From Vermamoeba vermiformis (taxonomy: Eukaryota), in NCBI GenBank assembly GCA_045837725.1, contig JBEWZL010000030.1, positions 434,001 to 498,000 of the forward strand: a stretch of 64,000 nucleotides of DNA. Direction: 5' to 3'. Both the position numbers and the translations under genes were made by a program. This document shows, piece by piece, positions 1-13,124 of this stretch. The notes below the pieces were generated by a model, which was not told the origin of the DNA, did no database searches, and saw nothing but the letters and a program-made list of their open reading frames with translations. How positions within the stretch are numbered: the first letter of the stretch is position 1; each line of letters opens with the position of its first letter.

Positions 1-86
1 TATAGTCATGAGTAATTCTTTAGATTGCAAACTAATCGTGAGCGCATCCGTTACAAATTGATTCAATACTAACTCTTCAATTATAG

Positions 87-410
87 TTCATGTACTTCGG
101 CACCAATGAATGGGATGACTCAAAACTAGTCACAGAGGCATATTGGAGATCGTTACATTGGCCTGGACACCCTGGCAACGCTCTCGGGTATCACCGCAAG
201 CCTATTCTGTGGCTTCAGCACCTCAAAGCCGTCTCTATTCATACTTTGACTACTGGTGGTCATAGTGTCTACGTTAACGGAGAAAACGAAATGAGAATTA
301 ATCACTACTGGCACGGATCTCGTGGCGCTGCAAAAGGCTTGAACGAGAAATTCGATGACTCCATGAAGAGCTTCGTGGAAATGCTCAAACAACGTCTAGA
401 TAGAGAGTAG
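87..410 (+). CDS. Terminal exon of a gene starting upstream of the window; product uncertain (possibly a glycosyltransferase-like C-terminus)
   Basis: Branch point and TAG acceptor at 85-86, then an open frame to TAG at 408-410. The K-x-I...H...RINHYW pattern is only weakly suggestive. Confidence 0.5.
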   Translation, partial: FMYFGTNEWDDSKLVTEAYWRSLHWPGHPGNALGYHRKPILWLQHLKAVSIHTLTTGGHSVYVNGENEMRINHYWHGSRGAAKGLNEKFDDSMKSFVEMLKQRLDRE

Positions 411-652
411 GACCTACATTGTTTCGCATTACGACCTGGCAATGTTTACACGTGTAAATAAATTTGTATTCTTTGTTTTCGTCGATCGGCTCGTTCGCAA
501 CATTGCCATTAATCTAGATGCGAATAATTCATATTTAGTTCGCGGCAAACTGTGTATCGAGACCGTCGTACATACCTCCGAGCTTCAAAGTTCCTTTGCG
601 TCGCATAAAAAAATATTAAATATTGCGAGTCATTTTACCAAATTTTTCAAGA

Positions 653-3353
653 ATGGAACCCATGCAAGACATAAATGATGAAGGACCAGGTTCTTACAGG
701 TTCTTTGATATACTCTCAGACGAGCTAGCCCTGAATATATTCAAGTTCTTGGATCTCCGCTCTTTATTCGTCTGTTTGGGCGTAAACCACAATTTTCGTC
801 GCTTAATATGTGACCCTAGTGTTGGCGTGGTAAGTGAATCATATATCATCGTAATACCTCTTTTGAAATTCTGTCGTTAATTTCGGTTTCAAAAAATATT
901 TGTAAAATTACATCCAGCTAAAACAACCCGAAACTCTTTTCAAAATATTGAAGATATATAGAATAATCATTGGTCAAAGTATTAATAATTTTCCGTTTCA
1001 GAAAGAAGGAATGATAGATGCAGCTTTCGAATACATTGACAGGCATCAATATATAAAATCAGTAGTAAGTAAAATTAATACGAGTACTCACGAACATATT
1101 ATTTATTTACTTATTATTGAATTAGAATGTTTTAAATACGCTGTTACAAGTGTTTCCGCAGTCTTACGAAGCTTGGAAAGAAAGAAGCGTTTGTTGGGTG
1201 GATCTAAATGAAACAGAAAAGGCATTACCTGACTTATATACAGCACTTAAAGTAAGTACTTCTATGGTGGCAATTACAAATTTTTTTCGTTGCAGTAATT
1301 TTGATTCATGAAACAATTTAGTGTTGTACGGATCCAGCTTATGCTCACATGATCAAATCGCATATTTATTGGCTTAAAGACGATCTAGAAAAGGCGTTGG
1401 AAGAGATGCACAAAGCAGTCGAGCTAAATCCGAAAGAACCACGATTTTATCATTTCAGAGGTACGCTTTTTAAGCTCTATATCTTTCTAGATCCGTTGTT
1501 ATTGAAAAAAGACGAAACGTCGATTCATATTAATCTGTAGATGAAATTTCTCCGCGAGCAATCAATACTCCGGATCTGCTCACAAAATTCCCAAACACAA
1601 TTGAATTGAATAGCTATCGTAGTATATTGATATACTACGGATTACATTGCATTACAATATAATATACTAATAGAGATTTCGATATATTTTGTTCGGAGAT
1701 GTTCCTGTTAGAACTATTGCGTTTTAAATGTTTTCCGATGACGTGAGATTGCAAATCGTTAATCTGGGCTTTTCGTATAGTAATTTACTCGTTCAATATC
1801 TATCATTTGAATAATAAAGTGATCTATACGTAATTTACATCTTTTTTTCGGTCACAAATCTTCGTTTAATTAGCGACTAACCGCTAGCTATATGATGAAA
1901 AGTAGCTTGACTAACGAACCTATATTTAGCTTATATAAGATCACTTATGGCGCGAAGTAACAACAAGGTGCTGTCCGAGAGCGAGATTGGCGACTACGAA
2001 GTAATTTTGGGACTTCCTTATAAGGTAATTTCTTTTTGAATTGTGCGAACATGTGACGTGTATTTACGTCTTGTACAGCGCCAAGCCATCATTTACAGCA
2101 ATTTAGGCAATGTCTATTGCGCCCTGGAGTAAGCATTCCTATTTTTTTAAATTTCGATTGACTAACTTTCGGCGATCGTCCAGACAATATGAGAAGGCGT
2201 TATTGTTTTTCGAGAAAGCTAATGATATGAGACCACAACTGATCGATGGTTATCACAACAAAGCAGTTCTACACTGGAAGTCAAACAATTATCAACGAGT
2301 CAGTTTTATCGGATTATCTTGCGACTATCATTTACTAACGTATACGATCATATTATAGGCACTATCAGAATGCCAAAAGATGTTGGACATCAATCCGGAT
2401 CTCGTCGATGCCTATTCATTTTGTGGACGGTGTGTACCTTTCCGAGCACACTATTGAATTAATCGGTCGCTAATTTATAATGTAGGTGTTATCTATATTT
2501 GCAAAAATACCACGATGCGTTCATATGCTATAACAAGTGCTTAGCAATGTCGCCTGACAGCATCTTTGATCTGAGCATGTGCACGAGTCTCGGTATAAAA
2601 CTAGGAAAAGTCGCTCAAACGCTCGAGACACTTTACCGGCTGTGCAATATTTATCAGACCACAATCGTACAATTGCAAGAGAAGTATTTATTGCTATTAG
2701 CGGAGGACATCAAGAACAAAGAAGACGTCACTGGACTGCCGCACGAGGTGTCAAACTTGGTTGAGTTTGAAGAGACAGAAGATGATTGGATCGCCAATAA
2801 CGCCGCAGACAAACCAGAGTGCGCGAGAGTGCCGTCGTATTTTGTGATGGAACGTTTGAAAGAGTACTGCAAGCTGTTTAAATTCACCAAGAAGAAGATT
2901 TGCGAGTTATTATTTTTGACGTGCAGAAGCGACGAGGCACGAAAAGAAGTCGAAGAGTTGAAGAAGGTATCAAAGCTGTTCACTTTCATCGAACAGTTCT
3001 TGCTGCCCCTCGACATGAGCTTCATTAAGAAAAAAGTGCGAACTATAGGAGAGCTATTATTATACACGGAAACAGTGCAACAACAGCAGTACCGACAAAT
3101 CATGGAGGAGATCAAGAAGTTTGGCGACGTTTTAGATAATAGCCACGAGATGTTGTACGTGCTGTCGTGTTATGTCGTTAAGACGGGCTCGTTGTGGATA
3201 CCAGCTGTATCATTCTTAGATATGGACGCGTTTTGGAAGAGCTTGAAAGACAATGCGAATCCGCTGTTTTTAGAAATGAGCAAGAACGCGTTCAGATTCC
3301 TCAATTATTATGCCTTTTGGCGAACAAATAGACGCTTGCCCGAAGAGCCATAA
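653..3353 (+). CDS. F-box and TPR-repeat protein, multi-exon
   Basis: N-terminal F-box (FDILSDELALNIFKFLDLRSLFVCLGVNHNFRRLICD). TPR-like exons (KALEEMHKAVELNP, YEKALLFFEKA, DAFICYNKCLAMSPD) are joined by GT-AG introns. Confidence 0.8.
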
Positions 3354-3482
3354 TAGTGTACTAATAACGATAATAAAATTAATAAAAGGAATATTTAAAT
3401 TCGGTTGCAAAGTTTCTGATTTTTCATCAAATCTCAAAAAAGACACGAGCACGTCTCCGTTATTATTGTTCAACTAAGTGAC

Positions 3483-4843
3483 ATGGAAGAAAAGAAAAAG
3501 AAGGTTGAGTCGCAAAAGGCTCCCGAAAAAAAAGCAAAGGCCGAGAAAGAAGCCAACCTGTCAGACAAGTCATTGTCAGCATCTGAAGCAAAAAAAGGTA
3601 TTACTTTAGACCATTAATTGATAATATTAAATTCGCGGCGCTTGGAAATATTTAACCCGAAATTCAAATAATAATTCAAATAAATGAAGATCCTGGTAAT
3701 ATTACCTTAATATATTAAGATTGACCAGCGCTATGTATTTAAACTAAGTAAAATATATGAAAAATAATTACAATAATTTTTAGCGCCAGCTGCAAAGCCA
3801 AAACAAAATGGCACAGCGCAACCTAACGCCCCTGCAAAGAAAGCCAAGAAAAAAATAGAAGATACTCCACTTACAACTAGTGATGCAATGCAGTCTTATT
3901 TCAACGGTAATACACCCTCGCTCAGGCGCTGATCCCTCGATCCATACACTGATCTTTGTCTTTCAGGCTTTACTGAGATTAGTCAGTTCATTGATACGGC
4001 TATAAAAAGAATGCTTGGTTCCAAGGACCTCGTAATTAGCTCATTTCAATCGTTAGAGAGCCGCGTGAATGAACTTGAATCAAAAATAGCGGTGCGTAGC
4101 TGAGGCATTAAGGTTTGTGTTCGATAATAATTAATGTTACAAATTTAGACGCATCAAGCTACTATCAAGGACCTACGAGCTGAAAATCAAGTGTTGGCCG
4201 AGAAGGCTAATTTCGCTGACCATGTGACCGTAGAGAACATACACTTGTTGAAAGAGATTGCTGAGTTGCGAAGTGATAATCAAAAGCTCACTAAGGTCGC
4301 CAATCTCAACAAGGAGATCAGCTCAAAACTTGAAACAGCTGCGAAGGTGAACAAGGAACTGACGAACAAAGTCGCCGAACTGAAGGCTGAAAAAGAACAA
4401 GAAACAGCCAAGCTGATGCAAGAGATAGATAGAATCGTCGAAGAAAAAAGCAAACTGGTCGAAGAGAATTTGAGATTTCTCGGAAGTAACTTGGACGATT
4501 TGCCTCTCGAAGAGCTACGTGCCCTTGAACTCGAGATCCGTAGCATTCATCAGAACATTCAACGAGCCAAAGTAAGTTACTGTGACAGCGGATGAATATG
4601 ATCCTAATATAACTATAGGATAAACGAGAAGCTGAAGAAACTCTTTGTGTTGTCTGCTTAGAGAAGCCAAAAGTGATGGCGTTCTCTGGATGTGGCCACA
4701 GGTATGTATTCGACCAACTTTACGCACCATCCACAATGCCATTAACAGAAACTATTAGATGCGTTTGCGAAGTGTGCGCAGTGCCCTTGAAAGAGTGCCC
4801 AATGTGCAGAAAGCAAGGTGCTCCTATCAAGATCTTCTTCTAA
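3483..4843 (+). CDS. Coiled-coil protein with C-terminal C3HC4 (IAP-type) RING finger, putative E3 ligase
   Basis: Spliced C-terminus CVVCLEKPKVMAFSGCGHRCVCEVCAVPLKECPMCR. Long coiled coil at 4191-4570. Confidence 0.8.
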
Positions 4844-5155
4844 TACCGCCTTACCACATCAGTTTATACGACAATGTAACTGCGAGTAACTGTGACTAAG
4901 ACTGTGCATGTAAACTCACCGTCTATTGTACGTTACGGTAATATAAGTAAATGGATCTCCTTTCAACGTGGTGTACGTTATGCTCATCTATTAAACGGCG
5001 AAATAGTGCAGAATTTCCATAGTTAATGAAACGGAATTGCTTTTGCGTCGCGCTGGGTCACGTGGTTTTATCAAGTTTATGACGGAATTGGCTTTGCGAA
5101 AGCGTAGGCAAGGTTGTTCGCGATAATTGACTGTTATTTTTTTTTTCTAACAAGA

Positions 5156-8100
5156 ATGGCCACACCTGAAGCTAAGCCAACGGTTCCTACTGATTCTGGT
5201 GTTGGGGTAAGTATAGCATCTAGTTTGGCGGATAGCGATTAATATCAAAAAACAATTAATAATCGTATTCGCTATAATACCATTATAACAATATTATTTT
5301 TAATGTGGACGTATTAATTATTTAGCAGATTATTACTTTGGTAGTAACTCTGCATCGAATCAGAAATTTATTATTATTTTCAACTCAATACAATAACGTT
5401 TATTTCGCTTATTTTATGGATAAATGTGGCTAATACAACGGTGGCCGTTATTAATATTATTTTTATTTATTTTAGGCGCCCACTCCCATCCAATCCGAGG
5501 AGCAGATTCTTGATAGAATCAAAAAATGGCAACAATTAAACAGCAAACGATATGCCGAGAAAAGAAAGTTCGGCTATGTTGAACCTCAGAAAGAAGACAT
5601 GCCTCCAGAGCATCTGCGAAAAATTATCAAGGATCACGGTGACATGTCCAGCAAGAAATTCAGACGTGATAAGCGTGTATATTTGGGAGCTTTGAAATAT
5701 ATGCCTCACGCTATTATGAAACTCATGGAAAACATGCCAATGTAAGTATCATATCCGCGCCAATCTGATGCGTTAACCTCAAATCGTAAATTATTTGCAG
5801 GTCATCTAATATTATTTTTTCTTAGGCCTTGGGAAAATGTGCGTCACGTTAAGGTTCTTTACCACATTTCCGGCGCGATCACCTTTGTCAACGAAATCCC
5901 ACGCGTCGTCGAGCCTGTGTACACCGCTCAATGGGGTACCATGTGGGTCATGATGCGAAGAGAAAAGAGAGATCGTAAGCACTTTAAGCGAATGCGCTTC
6001 CCTCCTTTTGACGACGAAGAACCTCCACTTGACTTTGGTGACAACATTTTGGACGTCGAGCCTCTCGATCCGATCCGCATTGATTTGGACGAAGAAGAAG
6101 ACGCTCCCGTCCTCGAGTGGTTCTATGACCCCAAGCCACTCGTAGGCACTCCCTACGTCAATGGTTCCAGCTACAAGAAATGGCGATTGAACACTCCTAT
6201 CCTCGCCAACTTGTACCGTTTGGCCAACCAATTGATGAGCGATTTGGTCGACAAGAACTACTTCTACATGTTCGAAGAGAAGTCTTTCTTCACCGCAAAG
6301 GCCCTCAACAGCGCTATTCCTGGCGGCCCTAAATTCGAGCCTTTGTTCAGAGATTTGGAAGACAACGATGAAGATTGGAACGAGTTCAATGACATTAACA
6401 AGATCATCATTCGTCACCAAATCAGAACCGAGTACAAGGTCGCGTTCCCGTACCTCTACAACGACAGACCCAGAAAGGTCTACTTGGCCTATTATCACCA
6501 CCCACCCGTGTGCTACATTAAGGCCGACGACCCTGACTTGCCCGCGTTCTTCTTCGACCCCCTCATCAACCCCATCGTGTCAGTTAAGGGCAAGAAGAAA
6601 GCCAAGAAGGAAGAACCCGAAGAAGAGGAAGACGACTTTGAATTGCCCGAAGGAGTCAAGCCCTTGTTGAACCAAGACGACTTCGAAATGCCCAAGGGAT
6701 TCAAGCCTTTGCTTCGCGAGAGTGTTCCCGACCTCTACACCGAAAACACTGCCGACGGTATTGCTCTCTACTGGGCTCCTAAGCCTTTCAACCAACGCTC
6801 GGGACGTACTCGCCGTGTTCTCGACGTTCCCCTTGTCAAGACCTGGTACCAAGAGCGCTGCCCTGGAGACTACCCCGTCAAGGTCCGTGTCAGCTACCAA
6901 AAGCTGCTCAAGTGCTACGTCCTTAACAGACTGCACTTCCGACCTCCCAAGCCTAAGACCAAGAAGTCACTCTTCAAGGCTTTCAAGGCTACCAAGTTCT
7001 TCCAATCTACCGAAATCGATTGGGTTGAAGCAGGTTTGCAAGTTTGCCGTCAAGGCTACAACATGTTGAACTTGCTCATTCACCGCAAGAACTTGAATTA
7101 CTTGCATTTGGACTACAACTTCAACTTGAAGCCCATCAAGACTCTTACCACCAAAGAACGTAAGAAGTCTCGCTTCGGTAACGCATTCCACTTGTTGCGA
7201 GAAATCTTGAAGTTGACTAAGCTCGTCCTCGACGCTCACGTGCAATATCGATTGGGCAACGTTGAAGCCTTCCAACTTGCGGACGCTATTCACTACACCT
7301 TCACTCACGTTGGTCACTTGACGGGCATGTACCGTTACAAGTACCGTTTGATGCGTCAAATCAGAATGTGCAAGGATCTCAAGCACTTGATCTACTACAG
7401 ATTCAACACTGGTCCAGTCGGCAAAGGTCCTGGTGTTGGTTTCTGGGCTCCTTCTTGGAGAGTCTGGCTCTTCTTCATGCGCGGCATTGTTCCGCTCTTG
7501 GAGCGATGGTTGGGCAACTTGCTTGCTCGTCAATTCGAAGGTCGTAAGTCTAAGGGCATTGCCAAGACTGTCACCAAGCAACGTGTCGAAAGTCACTACG
7601 ATATCGAACTTCGTGCCGCCGTCCTTCGTGATATCCTGGATATGATGCCCGAAGGCATTCGTCAAAACAAGGCCAAGACCATTCTGCAACACTTGAGCGA
7701 GGCTTGGAGATGCTTCAAGGCCAACATTCCATGGAAAGTTCCTGGTTTGCCCGCTCCTGTCGAGAACATGATCTTGCGTTACGTCAAGGCCAAGGCTGAC
7801 TGGTGGACGTCTGCTGCTCACTACAACAGAGAACGTGTCCGCCGTGGTGCCACCGTCGACAAGACCGTCGTCAAGAAGAACTTGGGTCGTCTGACTCGTT
7901 TGTGGTTGAAGGCTGAACAAGAGCGCCAATTCAACTACTTGAAGGACGGTCCTTACATCTCGCCCGAAGAAGCCGTTGCTATCTACACCACTACCGTGCA
8001 TTGGTTGGAAAGCAGAAGATTCTCCCCGATCCCGTTCCCGCCACTCAGCTACAAGCACGACACTAAGCTCCTGATCTTGGCTCTCGAAAGATTGAAGGAA

Positions 8101-11100
8101 GCTTACGCCGTGAAGAGTCGCTTGAACCAACTTCAACGTGAAGAATTGTCGCTGATCGAACAAGCTTACGATAATCCTCACGAGACCCTCAGCAGAATCA
8201 AGCGTTTGTTGCTTACGCAAAGAACATTCAAAGAAGTTGGCATTGAATTTATGGACTTGTTCACTCACTTGATTCCTGTCTACGAAATCGAGCCTTTGGA
8301 GAAGATCACTGATGCTTACCTTGATCAATACCTCTGGTACGAAGGTGAGAAGCGCAGACTTTTCCCGAGCTGGATCAAGCCCGCCGACAGCGAGCCTCCA
8401 CCATTATTGGTCTACAAATGGTGTCAAGGCATTAATAACTTGACGGACGTCTGGGATACCTCCAACGGAGAGTGCGTGGTGCTCATGCAATCCAAGTTCG
8501 ACAAGTTGTACGACAAGATCGACTTGACTTTCTTGAACAGACTTCTGCGCTTGATTGTCGATCACAATCTTGCTGATTACATGACCGCCAAGAACAACAT
8601 CGTCATTGCCTACAAGGATATGATGCATACGAATCACTACGGTTTGATTCGCGGTCTTCAATTCGCTTCTTTCGTCGTGCAATATTATGCGCTGATTTTG
8701 GATATTTTGATGTTGGGTCTCTCACGTGCCTCTGACTTGGCTGGTCCTGCTAACAAGCCTAACGACTTCTTGACCTTCCCTGACGTTTCTACCGAAACCA
8801 AGTCGCCAATCAGACTCTACACCAGATACATCGACAGGTTCTGGATTTTGTTCCGCTTCACTCACGACGAAGCCAGAGATCTCATTCAACGTTACTTGAC
8901 CGAGAACCCCGATCCTAACAACGAAAACATGGTTGGTTACAACAACAAGAAATGCTGGCCTCGTGACGCTCGTATGCGCCTGATGAAGCACGATGTCAAC
9001 TTAGGCAGAGCCGTCTTCTGGAGCATCAAGAACAGTCTTCCTCCTTCATTGACAACTATTCAATGGGAAGACTCTTTCGTCTCCGTATACAGCAAGGATA
9101 ACCCGAACTTGTTGTTCGATATGGGCGGATTTGAAGTCCGAATCTTGCCAAAGATCCGTGCCTTCAACGAAGAATTCACTTTGAAGGAAGGTGCCTGGAA
9201 CTTGCAGAACGAGAGAACCAAGGAAAGAACCGCACAAGCCTTCTTGCGCGTTGGTGACGACTCCCTCCGCGTCTTCGAGAACCGTGTTCGTCAGATCTTG
9301 ATGGCTTCCGGTAGCACTACCTTCACCAAGATTGCTAACAAGTGGAACACTGCTTTGATTGGTCTTATGACCTACTACCGTGAAGCCTCTGTTCACACGC
9401 CCGAGTTGCTCGATCTTCTCGTCAAGTGCGAAACCAAGATTCAGACTCGTATCAAGATCGGTTTGAACTCTAAGATGCCTAGCCGTTTCCCTCCTGTGGT
9501 CTTCTACACTCCTAAGGAATTGGGTGGTCTTGGTATGCTTTCTATGGGTCACGTCTTGATCCCTCAATCCGATCTGAAGTACGCCAAGCTCACTGAGCGT
9601 GAGACTTCCCACTACCGCGCTGGTATGAGCCACGAAGAAGGTCAACTCATTCCCAACTTGTACCGCTACATTCAACCTTGGGAACAAGAGTTCCAAGACT
9701 CACTCCGTGTCTGGGCCGAGTACGCCATCAAGAGAGACGAAGCCATGAGCCAGAACAGACGTCTTACCTTGGAAGATTTGGAAGACTCGTGGGACAAGGG
9801 TATTCCTCGTATCAACACCTTGTTCCAGAAGGATCGTCACGTCTTGGCCTACGACAAGGGCTGGAGAGTTCGAACTGAATTCAAGGCTTACCAAGTCCTC
9901 AAGCAGAACCCCTTCTGGTGGACTCATCAACGTCACGACGGCAAGTTGTGGAACTTGAACAACTACCGTACCGATATGATTCAAGCTCTTGGTGGTGTCG
10001 AAGGTATTCTCGAACACACTCTCTTCAAGGGCACTGGTTTCCCTACTTGGGAAGGTCTCTTCTGGGAGAAGGCCTCTGGTTTCGAAGAGTCCATGAAGTA
10101 CAAGAAGCTGACCAACGCCCAACGTATGGGTCTCAATCAGATTCCCAACCGTCGTTTCACTCTGTGGTGGTCTCCTACCATCAACAGAGCCAACGTCTAC
10201 GTTGGTTTCCAAGTGCAGCTCGATCTTACTGGTATCTTCATGCACGGTAAAATCCCCACGTTGAAGATCTCGTTGATTCAGATCTTCCGTGCTCACTTGT
10301 GGCAGAAGATCCACGAAAGTGTTGTCATGGATCTTTGTCAAGTCTTCGATCAAGCTTTGGACTCGTTGGAAGTCGAAACCGTTCAGAAGGAAACTATTCA
10401 CCCTAGAAAGTCCTACAAGATGAACAGCTCTTGCGCCGATATCTTGCTCTTCGCTGCCTACAAGTGGCAAGTCTCGAAGCCTTCGCTCTTGACCGACACC
10501 AACGACTCGTTCGACTACGGAACTACAACCAAGTACTGGGTCGACGTTCAACTCAGATGGGGAGACTTTGATTCCCATGACATTGAACGTTACAGCAGAT
10601 CTCACTTCTTGGACTACACCACGGATAACGTCTCCATCTACCCTTCACCCACTGGTTGCTTGATTGGTATCGATCTTGCCTACAACGCTCACTCTGGCTA
10701 CGGTAACTGGTTCCCTGGTGCCAAGCCATTGATCTCTCAAGCTATGTCCAAGATCATGAAGGCCAACCCTGCTCTCTACGTCTTGCGAGAACGTATCAGA
10801 AAGGCCCTTCAATTGTACTCGTCCGAGCCTACTGAACCCTACTTGAACTCTCAGAACTACGGAGAGTTGTTCAGCAACCAGATCATTTGGTTCGTCGACG
10901 ACACCAACGTGTATCGTGTTACCATCCACAAGACCTTCGAAGGTAACTTGACCACGAAGCCCATCAACGGTGCCATCTTCATCTTCAACCCGAGAACTGG
11001 TCAATTGTTCTTGAAGATCATTCACACCTCCGTCTGGGCTGGTCAAAAGCGTTTGGGTCAATTGGCCAAGTGGAAGACTGCCGAAGAAGTTGCTGCACTC

Positions 11101-12579
11101 ATTCGCTCCTTGCCCGTTGAAGAACAGCCCAAGCAAATCATCGTCACCCGTAAGGGTATGTTGGATCCGCTCGAAGTCCACTTGCTCTCCTTCCCCAACA
11201 TCGTCATCAAGGGAAGTGACTTGCAATTGCCGTTCCAAGCCTGCTTGAAGATCGAGAAGCTCGGTGATTTGGTGCTTCGCGCCACTGAGCCTCAGATGGT
11301 CTTGTTCAACTTGTACGACGACTGGTTGCAATCCATCTCGTCTTACACTGCGTTCTCTCGTCTCATTTTGATCTTGAGAGCTCTGCACGTCAACACTGAC
11401 CGCGCGAAGGAAGTCTTGAGACCGCACAAGGACGTCATCACTGAACCTCACCACATCTGGCCCACTTTGTCCAACGACGAGTGGATCAAGGTCGAAGTCG
11501 CCTTGAAGAACTTGATCTTGGCTGATTATGGCAAGAAGAACAACGTCAATGTGACCTCATTGACTCAATCTGAAATCCGTGACATCATCTTGGGTGCTGA
11601 GATTGCTCCTCCTTCTGAGCAACGTAACGAGATTGCTGAAATTGAGAAGCAAGCCCGCGAAGCCTCTCAATTGACTGCCGTTACTACCAAGACGGTCAAC
11701 AAGCACGGAGATGAGATCGTTGTTACTACCACCAGCCCTCACGAGCAGAAGATCTTCTCATCCAAGACCGACTGGAGAGTTCGCGCCATTTCTTCGACTA
11801 CTCTTCACTTGCGTACTGGCCACATCTACGTCAACTCCGATGAGGTCAACGAAGAAGGCTACACCTACGTCATGCCTAAGAACATTCTCAAGAAGTTCAT
11901 CACGATTTCTGATCTTCGTACTCAAGTTGCCGGTTACATGTTCGGTGTTTCTCCTCCAGGCAACAATCAAGTGAAGGAAATCCGTTGCATTGTCATGCCA
12001 CCTCAATGGGGTACTCACTCCTTCGTTCAGTTGCCCAACAGCATCCCAGATCACGAGTTGTTGCGCGACCTCGAACCATTGGGCTGGTTGCACACTCAAC
12101 CCTCCGAGTTGCCTCAAATGGCTCCCTCTGACGTCATCACCCACGCCAAGTTACTCTCGGAGAATACCACCTGGGATCCCAAATCTATCTGCGTCACGGT
12201 CAGCTTGCCTGGTGCTTCTGCCTCGTTGACTGCTTACCGCTTGACTCCTGGTGGCTTTGAATGGGGTCGACAGAACGTCAACAGCGAGCGCGAACAGAAC
12301 TACCAAGGCTACAAACCTTCATTCTACGATCGTGCACCCTTGCTCTTGTCTGATCGTTTCTTGGGCTTCTTCATGGTTCCTGATGTCGGCAGCTGGAACT
12401 TCAACTTCATGAGCGTCAACCACAGCGTTAATATGAAGTATAACTTGACCTTGGGCATTCCTAAAGATTTCTACAATGAGAGTCACCGTCCTGCTCATTT
12501 CTTGAACTTCTCAGAGATGGAGAGCACTGCTACCACTGAGGGAGGCGATAATGTTGATCAAGAAGATTTGTTCTCCTAA
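5156..12579 (+). CDS. PRP8: Pre-mRNA splicing factor 8 (U5 snRNP); exons 5156-5206, 5476-5741, 5826-12579
   Basis: Hallmark sequences [39 protein letters not shown], RNase H-like [10 protein letters not shown] and a Jab1/MPN C-terminus. No intein seen. Confidence 0.99.
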
Positions 12580-13124
12580 TTGCAAAAATTTCCGTTGTAA
12601 ATCCTTAATTGTTAAAGAAAAATAATCTTGTAATAATCTTCCTCTGACAAGCGTCAAAATTAAGTTAGTAACGATCGAACCGCACGGTATACCTCTCGGA
12701 TAAACTCTTTCAGAAATAGTGCGTTGGTAGCTATCCTGCGGAGCTGCTCCGATGTGTTTGCAAAGAGTATACTTCGTGGGATCGAATCTGCTACTTTTCT
12801 TGAAATTCTAACCGGAAGATTACTAGGAGACCAATGTCTGAAGTCCTCGTGGTGATCATAACTCATTGGTAAGCACAAAATCGAACGCTGAACGGTACAA
12901 AATGAAGGAAATCTCGAGCAAATTCGCAATTTTATGAACGCAAATTTTTTCTCTCCCAGTTCCTCAACCGAACCTCTGATTACCAGCACAAAAGACTATT
13001 AGCTTTGAAGAGGAAGAATAGTACTTTATTGGTTTGCTAGGCTTTCTTGGGTTTTATTTGCCGACAGTGCCAATACTTATCAGATTAGCCAAGAAAGAGT
13101 TTGATTCAGCGCGAAGTTCATATA

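Noticed and set aside
10050-10095. PRP8 intein
   Set aside because: The canonical site reads [11 protein letters not shown] uninterrupted and the total protein length is normal.
5812-12144. Long antisense ORFs opposite PRP8 (also opposite ATP9 and the T/P-rich gene)
   Set aside because: Expected shadows of strong codon bias, with no independent motifs.
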